Shown: piece by piece, positions 26,097 to 29,649 of the stretch
How positions within the stretch are numbered: position 1 is the stretch's first letter
Layout of the letters: each line of letters starts with the position of its first letter
DNA from: a virus
Lineage: Duplodnaviria; Caudoviricetes
Strand: one strand, 5' to 3'
DNA: 29,649 nucleotides
Virus record (IMG/VR): IMGVR_UViG_3300032225_000920
Coordinates: 1 to 29,649 of that record
Made by a program: the position numbers and the translations under genes
The notes under the pieces: model-generated
What the model saw: the letters and a program-made list of their open reading frames with translations, nothing else
Told to the model about the DNA's origin: nothing
The model's database searches: none

Positions 26097-26130
26097 CATT
26101 ATCTCCAATAATCGTATATAATAATAATAG
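26094..26130 (+). promoter_or_regulatory. Promoter sharing a 21-bp motif with the 18465 promoter
   Basis: TAGCAT-N17-TATAAT, within AATCGTATATAATAATAATAG. Confidence 0.65.
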
Positions 26131-26151
26131 AGGACGATTAAGGAGCACAAT

Positions 26152-26733
26152 ATGAGTATACCTATTCTTGGGCAAGGTAATAGCCCTGCCGATGAAGGTA
26201 CCTATACTGAAATTAAAGACGATGGGCCTAAAATCCGTCTATTGTACTGTTACAACTGTAAAACTATTGAGGAACTACCTGATTTTGAGGGAAATTCTGA
26301 TGACGATGTAACATTACAGGTATTAGTAGACCGTCATGAGTCCGCTGGTATTAAGCACACTGGTTTCTTAGCTAAGATCGGTGTAAAACTATACTCACGT
26401 CCTGAGGTACGTAAGCAAGTCATTGAAAACCTACGCAACAAAGTAGGCGGCGGACTTGCAGATATTGACCCAGACTACTATACTACTAAGGCAACATTCT
26501 TTGACGATGCTATGAAATGCTTTAATCTTCATTTGCGTCCAGTAGAGGGTTGTTATGACTGGAAGAGTGAGAGTAAGCGCCTTATTCCTAAAAATACTGC
26601 TGAAGCCCGTAAAGAATTAGGTTTAGAAAGCGCAGCACAGTCTGCTAGCACAAAGGTTTACCTTTGCGACTTCTGCCCTGCTAAAACCTTTGTAGTTGAA
26701 CAAAACCGTAAAAAAGCCGGACTATACGAATAG
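26152..26733 (+). CDS. Hypothetical metal-binding protein
   Basis: CYNC, C..H...C and YLCDFCP; SD AAGGAG. Confidence 0.75.
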   Translation: MSIPILGQGNSPADEGTYTEIKDDGPKIRLLYCYNCKTIEELPDFEGNSDDDVTLQVLVDRHESAGIKHTGFLAKIGVKLYSRPEVRKQVIENLRNKVGGGLADIDPDYYTTKATFFDDAMKCFNLHLRPVEGCYDWKSESKRLIPKNTAEARKELGLESAAQSASTKVYLCDFCPAKTFVVEQNRKKAGLYE

Positions 26734-26741
26734 GATATGAT

Positions 26742-27020
26742 ATGTCAAAAGAAAAAACAACTGAGGCAACTGCACCTGACGCACCAAAGATTGCTTTTGG
26801 ATTTGCGGTATTAATAGATGAAGACGGCAACGTATTTGTTGAGCGTACTAAAGAAGCCTTTGCACTCCCAGTAGGGCGTGATGCAACACTCCTAGAGGTT
26901 CGCCGTTATTGTTCTGAACTTCTGATGGATTTACAGGCACAATCAGCAGCAGAGTATGTAACTTTGCGTTTGGCTGGATTAGGTAAGCCTGCAGGGGATG
27001 AAGATATACCTAGCGCATAA
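26742..27020 (+). CDS. Hypothetical protein
   Basis: 92 aa, SD AGGA. Confidence 0.7.
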   Translation: MSKEKTTEATAPDAPKIAFGFAVLIDEDGNVFVERTKEAFALPVGRDATLLEVRRYCSELLMDLQAQSAAEYVTLRLAGLGKPAGDEDIPSA

Positions 27021-27071
27021 CTGCTCCACTCAAGCCGAGACGTAACGACTAAGAAGAGGGAGAATGGGCGC

Positions 27072-27986
27072 ATGGATTTTGATACTTATGGAGACGTACC
27101 CAGCATTACACCTGGGTCTACTTCCTATTTCAGTGCGCCTTCTTCCGAACTAGATCCAAAGTTATTTCAAGGCGATCACCTCAATGAGTGGGTACGTTCT
27201 GGAATTCTAACTATGCTCTTTGAGTATTTGGTTCAGCATTACGCAGACCCACATACTTGGACACACGCATGGCTTGCCGGATCTGGAGTTTCGTTTCAGT
27301 GGGAAGCATCAAGAGACCCAGGTGACCTGGATTGTTTAATTGGAATTGATTACGTCAAGTTCCGTCAAAGCAATCCAGAGTTCATCGGGTACTCTGATGT
27401 AGAAATCTCTAAAGAATTTAATGAGGGATTCAACACTGAGTTGATGCCTAAGACCCGTAACTGGGAAGGCTATGAACTTACATACTATGTAAATCCACAG
27501 TCAGATATACGTGATATCAACCCATACGCAGCTTATGATCTAACAGCTGACACTTGGACTGTTTACCCTGAAAAGAATCCTCAGCCACCATATAGCCGTG
27601 CATGGGAACAAAAGACTATGCGGGACGAAGACATGACTCAGGAAATGCTTCGCAAGTACTCTGATGCTTTAGGTGAGGTACGAAATACTTCAAACCCGGC
27701 ATATCGTGTAAATGCAGAACGTAAGTTGCGCCTTGCAGCAGAGCAAGCGGTTGCTTTCTATGACGATATACACCATAATCGTAACATTGCTTTTAGTACG
27801 ATAGGATCAGGCTATGCTGACTTTAACAATTATCGATGGCAAGCCGGTAAACGTTCCGGTGTAATTCAGGCTTTAAGATCTATTAAAGAACATAAAGATG
27901 CTTTAGATACAGAAGCCCAAAAGCAAACATATGGGGTGGAGTTACCGGATGCCGCAACATTAGTCCGGAGAACTCTTCGTGGCTAA
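27072..27986 (+). CDS. Pol-beta superfamily nucleotidyltransferase
   Basis: WLAGSGVSFQW...GDLDCLIG matches the hGS...DhD signature; third acidic residue plausibly in YELTYYV. Confidence 0.8.
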   Translation: MDFDTYGDVPSITPGSTSYFSAPSSELDPKLFQGDHLNEWVRSGILTMLFEYLVQHYADPHTWTHAWLAGSGVSFQWEASRDPGDLDCLIGIDYVKFRQSNPEFIGYSDVEISKEFNEGFNTELMPKTRNWEGYELTYYVNPQSDIRDINPYAAYDLTADTWTVYPEKNPQPPYSRAWEQKTMRDEDMTQEMLRKYSDALGEVRNTSNPAYRVNAERKLRLAAEQAVAFYDDIHHNRNIAFSTIGSGYADFNNYRWQAGKRSGVIQALRSIKEHKDALDTEAQKQTYGVELPDAATLVRRTLRG

Positions 27987-28080
27987 CTGTATAAAATGTA
28001 AGCATCCTATGGAATATAGCGTATGTGATATAGAAGATTGTAAATGTGTTTGTTCACGAGAAGGTACACCGGAGGATTAA
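27979..28080 (+). CDS. Cys-rich 33-aa peptide (not in ORF track)
   Basis: GTG after SD GGAG gives MANCIKCKHPMEYSVCDIEDCKCVCSREGTPED; stop abuts the next ATG. Confidence 0.6.
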   Translation: MANCIKCKHPMEYSVCDIEDCKCVCSREGTPED

Positions 28081-28545
28081 ATGGCTACAGCTCTCATCTC
28101 AGTCGAGGGAGTAATGAAGACTGAAGGTGGAGACCCAATTCAAGAGGGCATCCGTCTTTACCGCATTCTCGCTGAACAGTATCGTGTTGTAGTATGCTCA
28201 GACCTATCTCAAGAGTTAACAGAGCATTGGCTCCGTAGTAATATGATTGTTGGGTATGCTGACGTGTATGATGATAGGCATTTCTTTGAGGGCCAGGATT
28301 TGCGTGCCCGCCATTTAGATCTAGCTTTGTCTCGTGGTAAAGTCTCTATGTTCATAGACCCAGATGCTGACCGTTGCGCCTATGCATTATCTAAAAACGT
28401 AACTACCCTTATGTTTGCTGAGCCTAAATTTGTACGTACCACCCGTATGGTAAAACCTTGGGAAGACCTTAAAGTTGAAATTGAACGTCAAAGGGATGCC
28501 CTGCTTGAAGCCCATCTCGGAAGCCAAATTAAGCGCTACGAATGA
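28081..28545 (+). CDS. Degenerate HAD-like protein
   Basis: ALISVEGVM (motif I DxDG with both Asp lost), PIQEG, VVVCS, MFIDPD. Confidence 0.6.
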   Translation: MATALISVEGVMKTEGGDPIQEGIRLYRILAEQYRVVVCSDLSQELTEHWLRSNMIVGYADVYDDRHFFEGQDLRARHLDLALSRGKVSMFIDPDADRCAYALSKNVTTLMFAEPKFVRTTRMVKPWEDLKVEIERQRDALLEAHLGSQIKRYE

Positions 28546-29649
28546 ACATAGTCTTCATGGGCGGAGAAGTACCCTCACACAGAACTCTTCTGGCTAGTGC
28601 CGGAGTTAAACACATAAGCGTCAACTACTTCAGGTTAGTTAAGCGTGGTCTCCCAAAGACTAAGAACTATCTATTTAAAGATAGGTTCTCTGAAGATGTC
28701 CTCATCTATGTAGATGGTGGCGGCCATCAGATCAATGATTTAAATCTTACACAGCGAGAGCTGGAAGAATACGCTGCAGACTACCAAGACTTTGTAACTA
28801 TTAATGAGGATAGAATCCACCTTGCCACAGAGTTAGATGCTGCAGCTTTAGGATCTAATTGGATCAACCATCAACGTCGTACCTTCTGGGATGATTTTGG
28901 CCTGGAACGTGCCTCAATGGTGTGGCACTCTTCATCCGGCCATACTGGTCTATTTAGCCTTGCCGAACAATATCCCAACGTTTCTATCTTGGGTGAGTCT
29001 ATTGAGGACGATACGAGCCTGTCAGCACGTTCTAGGGCCCTTCTGAGTCAGTTCCCAGACCTACAGTTTCACGGAATCGCATGTGCTAAGCCAGATAATT
29101 TGAGGCAAGTCCCGGTAAGTACAGCTGCTACCCTATCTTGGCTAAGTCCAATGATGAGAGGTGAGACAATTGTATGGGATGGCACTAGACTAGTCCGCTA
29201 TCAAGCAAAACAAAAAGACCAAGCTCGTCCTCGCTATAAAGCGATTATCGAGAAGGCCGGATTAGATTTTGACAAGATTATGAATGACGATAGTAATGAA
29301 GTTACTCGTCTTGCCATCTGGAGCTATCTTCAGATGGAAAAGTCATTAGACAAACAAAGGAAGCCCATGCTATCTGATCATAGTGACCCATTGGACAGTG
29401 CAGGATCTGCGGAAACCCGTGGGGTTGCTCCTGATAACAGAGGTATAGAGGTGCGGAAAGATTTAACTTCCCGCAAGACTGAAGACATGCAAACCCTACC
29501 AGTTTTTGGGGTTACAACCAAGACAATTTTTGAAAAAGATGTTGATGGACGGGACATACTTAGAGATGCTCCCGTCTTAAATAGCACCACTACTTCCTTC
29601 CGTCAATGCAATACGTGCTTCGTTGCAAGCAACTGTCCGGCATTCAAAC
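28542..29649 (+). CDS. TGT/DpdA-like TIM-barrel protein with a C-terminal Cys cluster (3'-truncated, not in ORF track)
   Basis: Open for 369 codons to the window end: MNIVFMGGE...IYVDGGGH...TELD...MVWH...FHGIA...TAATLSW...CNTCFVASNCPAF. Motif order parallels phage TGT-like proteins (DSGG/LD/PVxH/HGLG/SxDSxSW). Confidence 0.6.
   Translation, partial: MNIVFMGGEVPSHRTLLASAGVKHISVNYFRLVKRGLPKTKNYLFKDRFSEDVLIYVDGGGHQINDLNLTQRELEEYAADYQDFVTINEDRIHLATELDAAALGSNWINHQRRTFWDDFGLERASMVWHSSSGHTGLFSLAEQYPNVSILGESIEDDTSLSARSRALLSQFPDLQFHGIACAKPDNLRQVPVSTAATLSWLSPMMRGETIVWDGTRLVRYQAKQKDQARPRYKAIIEKAGLDFDKIMNDDSNEVTRLAIWSYLQMEKSLDKQRKPMLSDHSDPLDSAGSAETRGVAPDNRGIEVRKDLTSRKTEDMQTLPVFGVTTKTIFEKDVDGRDILRDAPVLNSTTTSFRQCNTCFVASNCPAFK

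Noticed and set aside
944-29590. Short minus-strand and nested ORFs in the track (e.g. 2263-2556, 12308-12502, 17784-18077, 29378-29590)
   Set aside because: They lie opposite or inside well-supported genes and lack motifs; only 19958-20239 has its own space, SD and promoter.

Overview
A 29.6 kb stretch of a dsDNA tailed-phage genome, almost entirely on the + strand and read in the standard genetic code. Two WhiB genes, leaderless-type promoters and a fairly AT-rich composition (estimated by eye) suggest a low-GC actinobacterial host such as freshwater acI; this is inference. Gene order: (1) 3' part of a tail/carbohydrate-binding protein; (2) a replication and recombination module (HTH initiator with an internal palindromic origin candidate, DnaC-like loader, SWIM protein, DnaB, WhiB, primase, HNH, SNF2 helicase, RHH and MerR-like regulators, SSB-like protein, family A DNA polymerase, RecA, two resolvase-like nucleases, second WhiB, Cas4-like nuclease, dNMP kinase, SpoVS homologue); (3) a metallophosphoesterase unit; (4) a lysis cassette (CHAP endolysin, holin, two membrane proteins); (5) a second HNH; (6) a run of tightly coupled unknown genes; (7) a terminal cluster of nucleotidyltransferase, Cys-rich peptide, pseudo-HAD and a degenerate TGT/DpdA-like protein that runs off the window. 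The two most notable signals are a gene split by a prfB-like +1 frameshift cassette (GGAG-TAT-CCC-TGA-C, 22007-22020) and the terminal cluster. Also notable are a hairpin before the polymerase gene that displays a 16S anti-Shine-Dalgarno mimic and a phage SpoVS whose ribosome binding site is partly inside a stem. All functional calls come from motif recognition by eye; no searches were run.
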